Of a DNA stretch of 32,207 nt, positions 20,238 to 30,182 are shown in pieces. The position numbers and the translations under genes were made by a program. Source of the DNA: a virus; UHGV virus genome UHGV-1442421. One strand, written 5' to 3'. The number at the start of each line of letters is the position of its first letter. The stretch's first letter is position 1. Under the pieces are notes generated by a model. It ran no database searches. It was not told the origin of the DNA and was given only the letters and a program-made list of their open reading frames with translations.

Positions 20238-21614
20238 TCATACGTCAGCCCCTTGTGCATATCGTCTGCCACGCGCAGCAGGTGCATTTGATGCTGTGCA
20301 AATCTGTCTGGCTTCATCCTGGTCACATGCAACAAAGTGTCCGTTGCAGAACCGCTGGTAAACCGTACCAAGCGAGCCAAAACGGTTTTTCGTCACGATG
20401 ATTTCAGCAAATGGCGCGGCGCTACTGTTCTCGTCATATACCGCTTCCCGATAGAGCATGATGATTGAGTCTGCGTCCTGTTCAATGCTTCCAGAATCAC
20501 GCAAATCTGCGTTTGTCGGGCGTTTGTTTGGTCGCTTCTCAACATCGCGCGAAAGCTGACTCAGGGAGATAACAGGCGTTTTCAGGTCTTTCGCCATCGC
20601 CTTCAGGCTTCCGGAGATGTGAGCAATTGCGAGGTCGTTGCGGTCTGCTTTCGGCTTCTCAATCAGGCCAAGATAATCCGCCATGATGAGTGACAGGTTT
20701 GGATTTTCCTGTTTGTGCCGTTCTGCGATTGAGCGTATTTCTTCGACCGATAACCGCGAGGCATCGACTACCCATACATCCAAATCTGCAAGCTGACTCA
20801 TGCCGTTAGCAACACGCGCCCAGCCTTCGTCATCCATCGATGCAGGATTTCGCAGCACGCTAACCGACATCCTCCCGGCGTTGGCGATGCTTCGCTCTGC
20901 AATCTGCAATGCGCTCATTTCCATCGAGAAAATCAACACTCCGCGCCGAACGTCAGAACCAGGGATAACGCGGCTTGCAACGCCTTCGGCAATCTTCAGC
21001 GCCAGCTCGGTTTTCCCCATACCAGGACGAGCGGCGATAATCACCAGGTCTTCCGCGTTCATCCCCCCGGTGATAGCGTCAAGTTCTTCGATTCCGGTCT
21101 TCAGGGTATCGGACTCTTCTCCGTTCCTCAGACGCCTGTCAAGCGTGTCAGTGTAGTCAGTAATGATTTCCCCTAACCGTACAGGTTTAACCTCGTCACG
21201 GGGCTTTCTGATGGCTGAAAGACGCTTTACAAGCTCATCCATCGCCTGACTCGATGCGTCGATGGTTCCGCTCTGAATTGGTTCACGCATTTCATCCATG
21301 ATTTCCAGCACCAGACGGCGGTGATAGTTATCCGCGACCATTCTGGCATATCCCTTCAGGTTTGCGGCGCTCGGGCAGTTTTTGCTGGTCATCAGGATTG
21401 ACGTGAAATGCTCCTCTCCGCACGCCTCGGCAACCATCAGCGCGTCGATTAGGTTTCTGTTTCTCGCCTGCTTACGGATAACTTCGAAGGCTTTCCTGTA
21501 GAGCGGAATTGAAAACGCTTCCGGCTCCAGCGTTGCCAGAACGTCACTGGCGGTTGGTGTTAATCCACCAATCAGCAGACCACCGATAACGCTCGCTTCG
21601 ATATCCTGTTTCAT
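20238..21614 (-). CDS. Replicative DNA helicase, DnaB family (P22 gp12-like, 458 aa)
   Basis: Walker [10 protein letters not shown] and DnaB-like C-terminal motifs; ATGA overlap with the O-like gene. Confidence 0.9.
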   Translation of the reverse strand: MKQDIEASVIGGLLIGGLTPTASDVLATLEPEAFSIPLYRKAFEVIRKQARNRNLIDALMVAEACGEEHFTSILMTSKNCPSAANLKGYARMVADNYHRRLVLEIMDEMREPIQSGTIDASSQAMDELVKRLSAIRKPRDEVKPVRLGEIITDYTDTLDRRLRNGEESDTLKTGIEELDAITGGMNAEDLVIIAARPGMGKTELALKIAEGVASRVIPGSDVRRGVLIFSMEMSALQIAERSIANAGRMSVSVLRNPASMDDEGWARVANGMSQLADLDVWVVDASRLSVEEIRSIAERHKQENPNLSLIMADYLGLIEKPKADRNDLAIAHISGSLKAMAKDLKTPVISLSQLSRDVEKRPNKRPTNADLRDSGSIEQDADSIIMLYREAVYDENSSAAPFAEIIVTKNRFGSLGTVYQRFCNGHFVACDQDEARQICTASNAPAARGRRYAQGADV

Positions 21615-22441
21615 GCAATCCCCCTGTCTGCAAACTTCCCTTCCCGTACTCCCGTTAACGAATCTTCCCTCAGCAGGTAATCAAAATCAGCTGTCCAGCC
21701 CGTGTCGTTGTCTCCGAAGTAAAACGGCTTGGCCTGATGCACAAACGCCCTGACATACGCTCTGAAACCGTCCACGTTTGGCGTTTTCAGTTGCGGGATG
21801 ATTTTCTTCAGGCGACGTTTGCGTTTCTCGTTGACCGCAACAGCGTGCGGCAGTCTGTCGCCGACTTCGGTGTTGTAGGCGTTCAGGAAAGATTCGTAGT
21901 CGATGCGTTCTGCCTTGCGACGTTCAGGTTTAACCTGCCCATCGTCGCCCCCGTTAGGGGGTAAGGGGGTATTTGTATTTATTGTCTTTTGTATATTGTC
22001 TTTTGTGTTTGACTGATTCGGTAAATTGCTTTTTACCGATTTGGTGAAGGTTTGTTTTACCGAATTGGTAAATGTTTTACCGAATCCGTTAACTTTCGTT
22101 TTCCACTCGGAAATGTTTGTATTCATACCAACTTGACGCCCCACCTGAATGAGAACTCCCATTCTGATAAGCTCGTTTTTGGCGGTAGAGCATTTGGTTG
22201 GTGCCATGCCAGTGAGTTCAGCGAACTGTTCGTTTCCGATCCAATCTATTTTTTTGTTGTAACCGTATGTCTTGCGCCACACAGCCATAACAATCAGTAA
22301 CTGATGTAGAGTAAGTCCAGAAAGCATGGCGGCTTCTAACAGTGTGTTTGCAGTCCGAGTGTAGCCATCTTCGAGTTCTGCCACGCGATGCTCCACGACC
22401 TCCAGTTGAGGCCTGTAATCAGCTAACTTAACGACGCCCAT
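21611..22441 (-). CDS. Replication initiator, lambda O N-terminal-domain type (P22 gene 18-like, 276 aa)
   Basis: N-terminus resembles lambda O (LEDGYTR..N.LLEA); central low-complexity region encoded by the iterons; SD AGGAG. Confidence 0.8.
   Translation of the reverse strand: MGVVKLADYRPQLEVVEHRVAELEDGYTRTANTLLEAAMLSGLTLHQLLIVMAVWRKTYGYNKKIDWIGNEQFAELTGMAPTKCSTAKNELIRMGVLIQVGRQVGMNTNISEWKTKVNGFGKTFTNSVKQTFTKSVKSNLPNQSNTKDNIQKTINTNTPLPPNGGDDGQVKPERRKAERIDYESFLNAYNTEVGDRLPHAVAVNEKRKRRLKKIIPQLKTPNVDGFRAYVRAFVHQAKPFYFGDNDTGWTADFDYLLREDSLTGVREGKFADRGIA
21947..22090. other. Probable origin of replication inside the initiator gene: AT-rich tract plus four iteron copies
   Basis: AT-rich 21969..22010; TTTTACCGAAT-like repeats at 22030, 22054, 22074 and inverted at 22015; palindrome CCCCCGTTAGGGGG at 21947. 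Confidence 0.55.
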
Positions 22442-22589
22442 GTTTCACTCCTGCTTTGGCTAGTCTGTAAACACCAACAAGGCGCTCTGCGAACGCCCTG
22501 TTATTTGCTGCGGCTACCACTAATCCCTCAGGTGAATCAGGGTGTCGAATCTCTTCTTTTTCCTGGTATTTCTTACGACGTTTTGTCAT
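22428..22589 (-). CDS. Small basic hypothetical protein (53 aa from ATG at 22589)
   Basis: AGGAG 6 nt upstream of the internal ATG; lies between cII and the initiator; overlaps initiator start. Confidence 0.35.
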   Translation of the reverse strand: MTKRRKKYQEKEEIRHPDSPEGLVVAAANNRAFAERLVGVYRLAKAGVKHGRR

Positions 22590-22623
22590 AATTACTCCTG
22601 TGGATTGATCCAGTCTTTCTACA

Positions 22624-22902
22624 TCAGGCCTCAAAACTGTTGCCGCAGTCTTGAGGCTTTTCTTTTGTCAGCACCATGGCTACTTTCTTTGCCAGCTCCG
22701 CTAATTCCTCGTCTTCAACACCCCACTCCAGCACAGCCAGAAGCATGGCCATCTTTGGGATAAAGCTGTCTTTCCATCGCGAAATTTGCGATTCATTAAT
22801 CCCTAATGCATCAGCAACCTTTCGCTGACCACGTACAGCAATTCGATTCAGGATGTTGCTTGTAATTGCATTCGCTTTCTTGCTAGTACTTGTAAGTTGC
22901 AT
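22624..22902 (-). CDS. cII: Lysogeny transcriptional activator CII (92 aa from ATG at 22902)
   Basis: HTH and C-terminal region resemble lambda CII (NESQISRWK, LAVLEWGV); upstream TAAGGAAATACTTACATATG as in lambda. Confidence 0.8.
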   Translation of the reverse strand: MQLTSTSKKANAITSNILNRIAVRGQRKVADALGINESQISRWKDSFIPKMAMLLAVLEWGVEDEELAELAKKVAMVLTKEKPQDCGNSFEA

Positions 22903-22981
22903 ATGTAAGTATTTCCTTAGATAACAATTGATTGAATGTATGCAAATAAATGCATACACCATAGATGTGGTTTAATTTGAT

Positions 22982-23013
22982 GCCCTTTTTCAGGGCTGGG
23001 ATGTGTAAGAGCG
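22982..23013 (-). promoter_or_regulatory. nutR (boxA CGCTCTTACAC, boxB GCCCTGAAAAAGGGC)
   Basis: Read on minus strand between cro stop and cII. Confidence 0.65.
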
Positions 23014-23021
23014 GGAATGTC

Positions 23022-24374
<1,353 letters not shown>

Positions 24375-24423
24375 TCCCCACCTCAATCTCGATAACCAAA
24401 AACAAACTATTTTTCATTTAAAA

Positions 24424-24496
24424 ACAATGGAGTTTGTTTTTCACGCCCCTTTTTACAATATTTCTTGTTTACAACATACAATCTTTCTTGTAATTT
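24424..24496 (+). promoter_or_regulatory. Left operator OL3-OL2-OL1 (434-type) with PL (-35 TTTACA, -10 TAATTT)
   Basis: ACAATGGAGTTTGT (24424..24437), ACAATATTTCTTGT (24455..24468), ACAATCTTTCTTGT (24478..24491); 17-bp promoter spacing. Confidence 0.65.
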
Positions 24497-24535
24497 TAAG
24501 CCATCAGCAGGACGCACTGACCACCATGAAGGTGA

Positions 24536-24566
24536 TGCTCTTAAAAATTAAGCCCTGAAGAAGGGC
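24536..24566 (+). promoter_or_regulatory. nutL (boxA TGCTCTTAA, boxB GCCCTGAAGAAGGGC)
   Basis: Read directly upstream of N; boxB is a perfect stem with GAAGA loop. Confidence 0.7.
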
Positions 24567-24676
24567 AGCATTCAAAGCAGAAGGCTTTGAGTAGCGCGAA
24601 ATGCAGCTGCAAGACAGCAACCGTGGAGATAAGCATCACGGCGCGTTACTCAAAGCTAACTGACAGGAGAATCCAG

Positions 24677-25009
24677 ATGGATGCACAAACACGCCGCCGC
24701 GAACGTCGCGCAGAGAAACAGGCTCAATGGAAAGCAGCAAATCCCCTGTTGGTTGGGGTAAGCGCAAAACCAGTTAACCGCCCTATTCTCTCGCTGAATC
24801 GCAAACCGAAATCACGAGTAGAAAGCGCACTGAATCCGATAGACCTTACAGTGCTGGCTGAATACCACGAACAGATTGAAAGCAACCTGCAACGTATTGA
24901 ACGCAAGAATCAGCGCACATGGTACAGCAAGCCACGCAGTGAAATGGGTGTGACATGCTCAGGCCGCCAGAAGCGACGCGGAAAATCAATTCCAGCTTAT
25001 TACGATTGA
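24677..25009 (+). CDS. N: Antiterminator N, lambda type (110 aa from ATG at 24677)
   Basis: Arg-rich N-terminus MDAQTRRRERRAEKQAQWKAANPLLVGV recognised as lambda N; SD AGGAGA; ORF-track upstream extension rejected. Confidence 0.9.
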   Translation: MDAQTRRRERRAEKQAQWKAANPLLVGVSAKPVNRPILSLNRKPKSRVESALNPIDLTVLAEYHEQIESNLQRIERKNQRTWYSKPRSEMGVTCSGRQKRRGKSIPAYYD

Positions 25010-25017
25010 GGTGAGCC

Positions 25018-25182
25018 ATGCTCAAGAAAGTCAAACGCCGACTTTACAAAGAAGGTAGATATTCATGCCAATTGCCAAAATGCGACACAACAAAATGGAG
25101 TGTCGATGATTGGTGTAACTGGATAGATAGATACGGAACTTGGTGGGAACGTATTTATTTTCGCGGCAAACCACTTATTTGA
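25018..25182 (+). CDS. Hypothetical small basic Cys/Trp-rich protein (54 aa; below ORF-track cutoff)
   Basis: Hand-translated MLKKVKRRLYKEGRYSCQLPKCDTTKWSVDDWCNWIDRYGTWWERIYFRGKPLI; SD GAGGTGA. Confidence 0.4.
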   Translation: MLKKVKRRLYKEGRYSCQLPKCDTTKWSVDDWCNWIDRYGTWWERIYFRGKPLI

Positions 25183-25190
25183 GGTGAGAT

Positions 25191-25442
25191 ATGGAATTTC
25201 ATGAAAGTGCGATTTGTGATTTTCGCGCTAACGCAAATTCAGTAAAACCACAGCCAATTGCAGTTCTTTTTAAAACAATGGGTGCGTGTGCTGTTTTATG
25301 CTTCGCCGCTGATGACACTGACGCAAGAATGGCAATAGGCCAAGAGATGGAGATGGACCCGACAAACGATGAATTCATAGTTTATGGCGCTCCATCTAAT
25401 TACTTACTTGATACCTGCAACATTTACAACAAGGCTGCCTGA
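25191..25442 (+). CDS. Hypothetical protein (83 aa)
   Basis: ORF track; SD GAGGTGAG 3 nt upstream. Confidence 0.5.
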   Translation: MEFHESAICDFRANANSVKPQPIAVLFKTMGACAVLCFAADDTDARMAIGQEMEMDPTNDEFIVYGAPSNYLLDTCNIYNKAA

Positions 25443-25481
25443 TGGTGGCCTTTATTTTTGGCATAAACAACAGAGGCTAAC

Positions 25482-25778
25482 ATGGAATTTAAAGGTACTG
25501 AAGGTAAGTGGGAAATAATGATGGATGGCGATGAGATTAAAATCATCCAGGCAGACTCTCTTGAAAATGGCACTGGCTGGCGTTCGTATATTGCAATCTG
25601 TGAGGAAGTTCAATGCATTGAAGATGCCAATCTAATAGCGGCAGCGCCTGACCTTCTCGAAGCACTTCAGTTATTACTTAAGCAAACCAAAAATAGAACA
25701 ACGACAACATATCCAGAATGGTATGGAGCTGTTAATAAAGGTATCGCAGCAATCAGAAAAGCTCTTGGGGATAAGTAA
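25482..25778 (+). CDS. Hypothetical protein (98 aa)
   Basis: ORF track; SD AGAGG 5 nt upstream. Confidence 0.5.
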   Translation: MEFKGTEGKWEIMMDGDEIKIIQADSLENGTGWRSYIAICEEVQCIEDANLIAAAPDLLEALQLLLKQTKNRTTTTYPEWYGAVNKGIAAIRKALGDK

Positions 25779-25966
25779 TGAAAGTAAAAATAACTGCTTC
25801 TAATACCAGTTTTGTTAGTGTTGGTGATATTACAGAAGTAATAACAAACCATGATGGAACACAAGTTATGTGGTCTGATTTTTGTAAAAGATATGAGCGA
25901 GTCACTTGGTGTAAACTCGTATGGGGAGTCGAATACGAAGAATTACCTGAAATGCATGACGAATAA
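25778..25966 (+). CDS. Hypothetical protein (62 aa)
   Basis: ORF track; start overlaps the previous stop (TAATG). Confidence 0.45.
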   Translation: MKVKITASNTSFVSVGDITEVITNHDGTQVMWSDFCKRYERVTWCKLVWGVEYEELPEMHDE

Positions 25967-26061
25967 GCACTGTGTATTCATTCCAACGAGTGAATACACG
26001 GAGCAATGTTGCTCGTAACTAAACAGGAGCCGACTTGTTCTGATTATTGGAAATCTTCTTT

Positions 26062-26087
26062 GCCCTCCAGTGTGAGGGCTTTTTTAT
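26062..26087 (+). terminator. Intrinsic terminator downstream of the post-N cassette
   Basis: GCCCTC-CAGTGT-GAGGGC followed by TTTTTTAT. Confidence 0.55.
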
Positions 26088-26151
26088 ATGCATACCAATA
26101 ACGCTTCACTCGAGGCGTTTTCGTTATGCAATCAAATATAAGGAGTTACCC

Positions 26152-26286
26152 ATGATGCACTTTCAGCTCGCGGGTAGCGGCGTCATGTCCGCTTTCTACC
26201 CGCACGAATCTGAATTATCACGCCGAGTTAAACAATTAATCAGAGCAGCAAAGAAACAACTGGAGGCGTTATGCGCAATGAAATAG
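26152..26286 (+). CDS. cIII: CIII-like protease inhibitor (44 aa from ATG at 26152)
   Basis: SD AGGAG; amphipathic core ESELSRRVKQLIRAAKKQL resembles lambda/HK022 CIII; ORF-track upstream extension rejected. Confidence 0.55.
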   Translation: MMHFQLAGSGVMSAFYPHESELSRRVKQLIRAAKKQLEALCAMK

Positions 26287-26423
26287 CCATTAATCACCAG
26301 ATGCTTCGTGCTGCACAGAACAAAGCAGTAATAGCCAGATTTATTGGTGATTCAAAAATGTGGCTTGAAGCAAATAAAGCGATGAAATCAGCTATCAACC
26401 TTCCGTGGTATCGCAGGAAATGA
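26271..26423 (+). CDS. Kil-like small protein (50 aa; below ORF-track cutoff)
   Basis: SD GGAGG; motif IARFIGDSKMW similar to lambda Kil as I recall it; overlaps cIII stop. Confidence 0.4.
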   Translation: MRNEIAINHQMLRAAQNKAVIARFIGDSKMWLEANKAMKSAINLPWYRRK

Positions 26424-26590
26424 GTTTTACAGATAACTGGTCAGACGAAGAATTCATTCGTCAGATGAAAGAATTAATCGGTAACGAAGGAGATATTCAT
26501 GTCACTTGCAACCACAGTGAAGGAGAGCAAGTTACAGAGACGCATGTACACGCAGCAGGCGTTAATGTATCGCCAGAAGGGAGATCGTGA
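26420..26590 (+). CDS. Hypothetical small acidic protein (56 aa from ATG at 26420)
   Basis: ATG overlaps kil-like stop (ATGA); ORF-track frame. Confidence 0.35.
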   Translation: MSFTDNWSDEEFIRQMKELIGNEGDIHVTCNHSEGEQVTETHVHAAGVNVSPEGRS

Positions 26591-26679
26591 AGGTGTTCGC
26601 GTATTTTTAAATGCGGCAAAGACTGAAGTATTAAATCAGCGTTATTTCCTTGGGCCATGTCCATTCTGAGAACAATCAT

Positions 26680-27285
26680 ATGAGCAAAGAATTTTACGCA
26701 AGACTGGCAGCTATTCAGGAGAATCTGAACGCGCCAAAGAATCAATACAACTCATTCGGCAAATATAAATACAGAAGCTGCGAAGACATTCTTGAGGGTG
26801 TTAAGCCGTTACTGAATGGCCTGTTTTTATCAATCAGCGATGAAGTTGTGTTGATTGGTGATCGGTATTACGTGAAAGCCACGGCAACTATTACCGATGG
26901 CGAAAACAGCCATACGGCAACCGCTCTTGCACGAGAGGAAGAAAGCAAGAAAGGAATGGATTCTGCACAAGTTACGGGAGCTACAAGCTCTTATGCACGC
27001 AAGTATTGCCTCAATGGTTTGTTCGGCATTGATGATGCGAAAGATGCAGATACAGACGAGCATAAACATCAGCAGAACGCAGCAGCAAAGCAATCAAAAC
27101 CATCACCTACACCTGAACAGGTTCTAAAAGCATTCACTGACGCAGCAATGCAGAAAAACACCGTAGAAGAGCTTAAACAGGCGTTCGCCAAAGCGTGGAA
27201 GATGCTCGAAGGCACACCGGAGCAGCACAAAGCGCAGGACGTTTACAACATCAGACGAGACGAATTAGAAGGAGCTGCTGCTTAA
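26680..27285 (+). CDS. erf: Single-strand annealing recombinase, ERF family (201 aa from ATG at 26680)
   Basis: N-terminus MSKEFYARL...YNSFGKYKYRSCEDILEGVKPLL recognised as P22 Erf-like; ORF-track TTG extension rejected. Confidence 0.75.
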   Translation: MSKEFYARLAAIQENLNAPKNQYNSFGKYKYRSCEDILEGVKPLLNGLFLSISDEVVLIGDRYYVKATATITDGENSHTATALAREEESKKGMDSAQVTGATSSYARKYCLNGLFGIDDAKDADTDEHKHQQNAAAKQSKPSPTPEQVLKAFTDAAMQKNTVEELKQAFAKAWKMLEGTPEQHKAQDVYNIRRDELEGAAA

Positions 27286-27668
27286 TGGCACATTCGATTA
27301 CTGTAAGACTAAACAAGCCCGCAAGAGAGTTTCAGGCCGGGGAAAATATCGGATTCAACATCCGTGCTGGCGTTCAGTATTACGATCGCCAGACAAAAAA
27401 GAAAGAATGGACAAACTACAGCGCCGTTGTATTTGCCAAGCCGGGAGCGCAAGCGGATTACTACCGTAGTGTTCTTGTTGAAGGTGGCATTGTGGAAATT
27501 ACCGGAGAAAACATCAGGGTTGATGTTTATCAGGGGCAAAATGGTCAATCAATCACTCTTGAATTACTGAATGCAAAGATTGGATTTGCAGCTTCAGGAA
27601 ATGGCCCGCAGCAGCAAAGTAGTAACCAGCAGAACACTCCTGTATACGACGATTCCATCCCATTCTGA
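27285..27668 (+). CDS. ssb: Phage single-stranded DNA-binding protein with acidic C-terminal tail ending DDSIPF (127 aa)
   Basis: Start overlaps erf stop (TAATG); C-terminus matches the SSB D-D-D-I-P-F interaction tail. Confidence 0.65.
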   Translation: MAHSITVRLNKPAREFQAGENIGFNIRAGVQYYDRQTKKKEWTNYSAVVFAKPGAQADYYRSVLVEGGIVEITGENIRVDVYQGQNGQSITLELLNAKIGFAASGNGPQQQSSNQQNTPVYDDSIPF

Positions 27669-27691
27669 TTTAGAAAAATAAGGATTTAATT

Positions 27692-27988
27692 ATGCCAGCG
27701 CCTCTGTATGGTGCGGATGACGCGCGCCGCTGTTCCGGCAATTCCGTATCGGAGGTGCTGGAAAATATCAAGAATAATCTCGACGCGTTTCTTGCTCTGC
27801 CACCAGAAACAAAAGCAGAACGGAAGTACCGACGCGATATACAACTCGCAGAAAAACAGGAAAAAGACCGAATAAACGAAACATCAATCCGACCATTCCG
27901 CAAAGCCACATATACCCACTTCCCTGAATATATCGACCCGCGCCTGCGTAATTACCGCTCACGCTATGGCGCTATCAGTAATGACTGA
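27692..27988 (+). CDS. Hypothetical protein (98 aa)
   Basis: ORF track; SD AAGGA 7 nt upstream. Confidence 0.5.
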   Translation: MPAPLYGADDARRCSGNSVSEVLENIKNNLDAFLALPPETKAERKYRRDIQLAEKQEKDRINETSIRPFRKATYTHFPEYIDPRLRNYRSRYGAISND

Positions 27989-27998
27989 GGAATTTACC

Positions 27999-28166
27999 AT
28001 GAGAGGACTTGCATACAATCCCGGCATTCTTCCGGCAGAAATGATTATTCGCCAACGCGTAAAGCCAATGCCATCGAGAGAGGAATTGCTTAAGAGAAAT
28101 TCTTTTCCATCAGTAAATCAAAACAAATATCTGAATGCGATGTGGCGTAAAGGAGGCAACCAGTGA
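27999..28166 (+). CDS. Hypothetical small protein (55 aa from ATG at 27999)
   Basis: ORF-track frame 27966..28166; internal ATG preferred because of SD GAGG. Confidence 0.35.
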   Translation: MRGLAYNPGILPAEMIIRQRVKPMPSREELLKRNSFPSVNQNKYLNAMWRKGGNQ

Positions 28167-28807
28167 ATAACCGCTTTTACATGATGTGCTTGCGTGAAAC
28201 TGTGGGTAATAACGCCTCATTCCATTGCCATAACGGCAATGGTTACAGTTCTGATATCGATCGCGCTCATGTTTACACGCTGGAAGAAGCCCAAAAAGCC
28301 TGGAATTGTGGACGAGATATCGATCAGCCTGTTTGCGCTGATAGCGTGGATGCAATGGCTGTGTGGCACGTTGATTGCCAGTACATCCCCACAGAAAGCC
28401 TGATTGAGTCAGATTGCACTGCGTATGTGGCCTACAAAAAAGGTAGCTGGAACGGCAACGATGTTTACTGGCTTCAACACGGTGGATTGCCAACAGATGA
28501 CTTCAGTAAAGCGACCATCTTTAGCGTCGCCAACAAAAACGAACCAGGAATAGTTTGGTTGCCATTTTCCATTGCTGATGCAGCAAAGCGCCGGACGTTC
28601 AATATCAATAACTTTAACCGCAGAACAATGGTTCAGGGCGCAGGTTTGGTCATGCCTGACTGGTTGAAAGAGCAGAACAGAAGAAAGAAGTCGCGAAGCG
28701 GGAAGGTGCGTTGGAATTGTCCGCATTGCGGAAAAATCACCTGGCAGTACAGCCCATATGATTTTGAAGGCTGTAGTGATTACAACTGTGAGGGATGGCG
28801 AGTATGA
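28163..28807 (+). CDS. Hypothetical Cys-rich protein with C-terminal zinc-ribbon-like motif (214 aa; GTG start)
   Basis: GTG at 28163 with AGGAGG 6 nt upstream; C-terminal CPHCG...CSDYNC. Confidence 0.55.
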   Translation: MNNRFYMMCLRETVGNNASFHCHNGNGYSSDIDRAHVYTLEEAQKAWNCGRDIDQPVCADSVDAMAVWHVDCQYIPTESLIESDCTAYVAYKKGSWNGNDVYWLQHGGLPTDDFSKATIFSVANKNEPGIVWLPFSIADAAKRRTFNINNFNRRTMVQGAGLVMPDWLKEQNRRKKSRSGKVRWNCPHCGKITWQYSPYDFEGCSDYNCEGWRV

Positions 28808-29178
28808 CAATTGACTATCAGGCACTACGTGAGGCGGCGGAACGTGCAATTCCAGCAATGGAACGCCTATTAATGTTGCCAGCTGATGATGATTTGTTAA
28901 GTGAACAGGAACTTAAAGATTACGGTGTGGATATTGATGCGCTCAACGCCTTCAAATTTCTTGCCGGACCAGAAACCGTGCTGGCACTACTGGGTGAACT
29001 GGAAGCTCAAAGCAAACGCATTGCAGAACTGGAGGAGCGGGAAATACTGCTCCCGGAACGTAACAGCATGCTTCATCGAACAGATTTTCACGAGGATTAC
29101 CAAACGGTAATGGCATACAAAGTTTCTGAAGTCATCGCTGCAATCCGCGCTGCTGGTATTCGCATCAAAGGAGAGTGA
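28804..29178 (+). CDS. Hypothetical protein with central coiled-coil (124 aa from ATG at 28804)
   Basis: ATGA overlap with previous stop; heptad-like segment LLGELEAQSKRIAELEEREILL. Confidence 0.45.
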   Translation: MTIDYQALREAAERAIPAMERLLMLPADDDLLSEQELKDYGVDIDALNAFKFLAGPETVLALLGELEAQSKRIAELEEREILLPERNSMLHRTDFHEDYQTVMAYKVSEVIAAIRAAGIRIKGE

Positions 29179-29179
29179 T

Positions 29180-29833
29180 ATGAGCGCTATAACCAAAGAG
29201 CGACTGCAATGGCTGGCTAACATTTCTGGCCGCGATGACATTGACGATATAGACGGCGGTGAAATTCGTGAACTGGCACGGATTGCTCTGGCATCGCTGG
29301 AAGCAAAACCAATAGGTGCATTCCACATTGCAGAACAGCAAGTTGACGGCACAAGTGACTATCTCAAGGATGGAGAATGGCCTATTGATAATGGGATTAT
29401 TGAAGTCTACGCCGCTCCGCCAGTACTGGTAGTACCTGCCGCATTACCTGAGAACGACGATGAGGACGGGCATGACATTGATTATCTTGAGCCATCTGAA
29501 GTTTACGCGCTTGGGCGAACAGCTGGCTGGAACGCCTGCCGCGCCGCCATGCTTCATGATAAATCCGAACAACCACAAAACGCACAACAAAATATTCCGG
29601 AAAATATTCCCGGTGGCAACTCTCCGGTAACTCCGGATGGTTGGATCTCCCGCTTCGAAGAAATGCCGGATCCGTCTAGCGAAAGGCGCGTGTGTGCGTT
29701 CACACCTACCAACCATGAAGATATGCGCTACCGCTTCGTGCCCGCCTCGCTCTTTAAGACAGTTTGCAGAGACGCGACCCACTGGTTTTATATGCTTCCG
29801 CCAGTAGGGCGGGAGGAGGTTGCAGGTGGCTGA
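29180..29833 (+). CDS. Hypothetical acidic protein (217 aa)
   Basis: ORF track; SD AAAGGAGAG 4-5 nt upstream. Confidence 0.55.
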   Translation: MSAITKERLQWLANISGRDDIDDIDGGEIRELARIALASLEAKPIGAFHIAEQQVDGTSDYLKDGEWPIDNGIIEVYAAPPVLVVPAALPENDDEDGHDIDYLEPSEVYALGRTAGWNACRAAMLHDKSEQPQNAQQNIPENIPGGNSPVTPDGWISRFEEMPDPSSERRVCAFTPTNHEDMRYRFVPASLFKTVCRDATHWFYMLPPVGREEVAGG

Positions 29834-30110
29834 TCTACAGTTGGCCGTTAATGGCGAATACTTTGACGCGATGAAGCGCGGCGAGAAAACCGAGGAGTAT
29901 CGCTTGTGTAATGACTACTGGAATAAGCGAATTATGTTCCGGGAGTATGACCGCCTGATTATCACAAAGGGATATCCGAAGCGCGACGATTCCAGCCGCA
30001 GAATTGACGTCCCGTATGACGGATATGAAATCAAGACAATCACACATCCACACTTTGGCGATAAACTGGTAAAGGTGTTCGCGATAAAGGTAAATATCGA
30101 CAATGAATAA
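29826..30110 (+). CDS. Hypothetical protein, possibly ASCH/PUA-like fold (94 aa from GTG at 29826)
   Basis: GTG with GGGAGGAGG 6 nt upstream; fold assignment is a weak recollection from the N-terminal motif. Confidence 0.4.
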   Translation: MADLQLAVNGEYFDAMKRGEKTEEYRLCNDYWNKRIMFREYDRLIITKGYPKRDDSSRRIDVPYDGYEIKTITHPHFGDKLVKVFAIKVNIDNE

Positions 30111-30182
30111 CAATCCTCGCACTCGCGGGGATTTCTTTTATCTGAACTCGCTACGGCGAGTTTTGTTTTATGGAGATGATAA

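Noticed and set aside
20158-20241. 27-codon ATG-initiated ORF coupled to the helicase stop
   Set aside because: Its coding sequence is the terminator hairpin itself; kept only as an alternative in the finding for this region.
22624-22962. ORF-track 112-aa version of cII
   Set aside because: The lambda-like upstream signal TAAGGAAATACTTACATATG places the start at 22902.
24587-25009. ORF-track 140-aa version of N
   Set aside because: The upstream 30 codons cover nutL boxA/boxB; the N protein begins at ATG 24677 with SD AGGAGA.
26047-26286. ORF-track 79-aa version of the cIII-like gene
   Set aside because: The upstream part spans the intrinsic terminator at 26062..26087; SD AGGAG supports a start at 26152.
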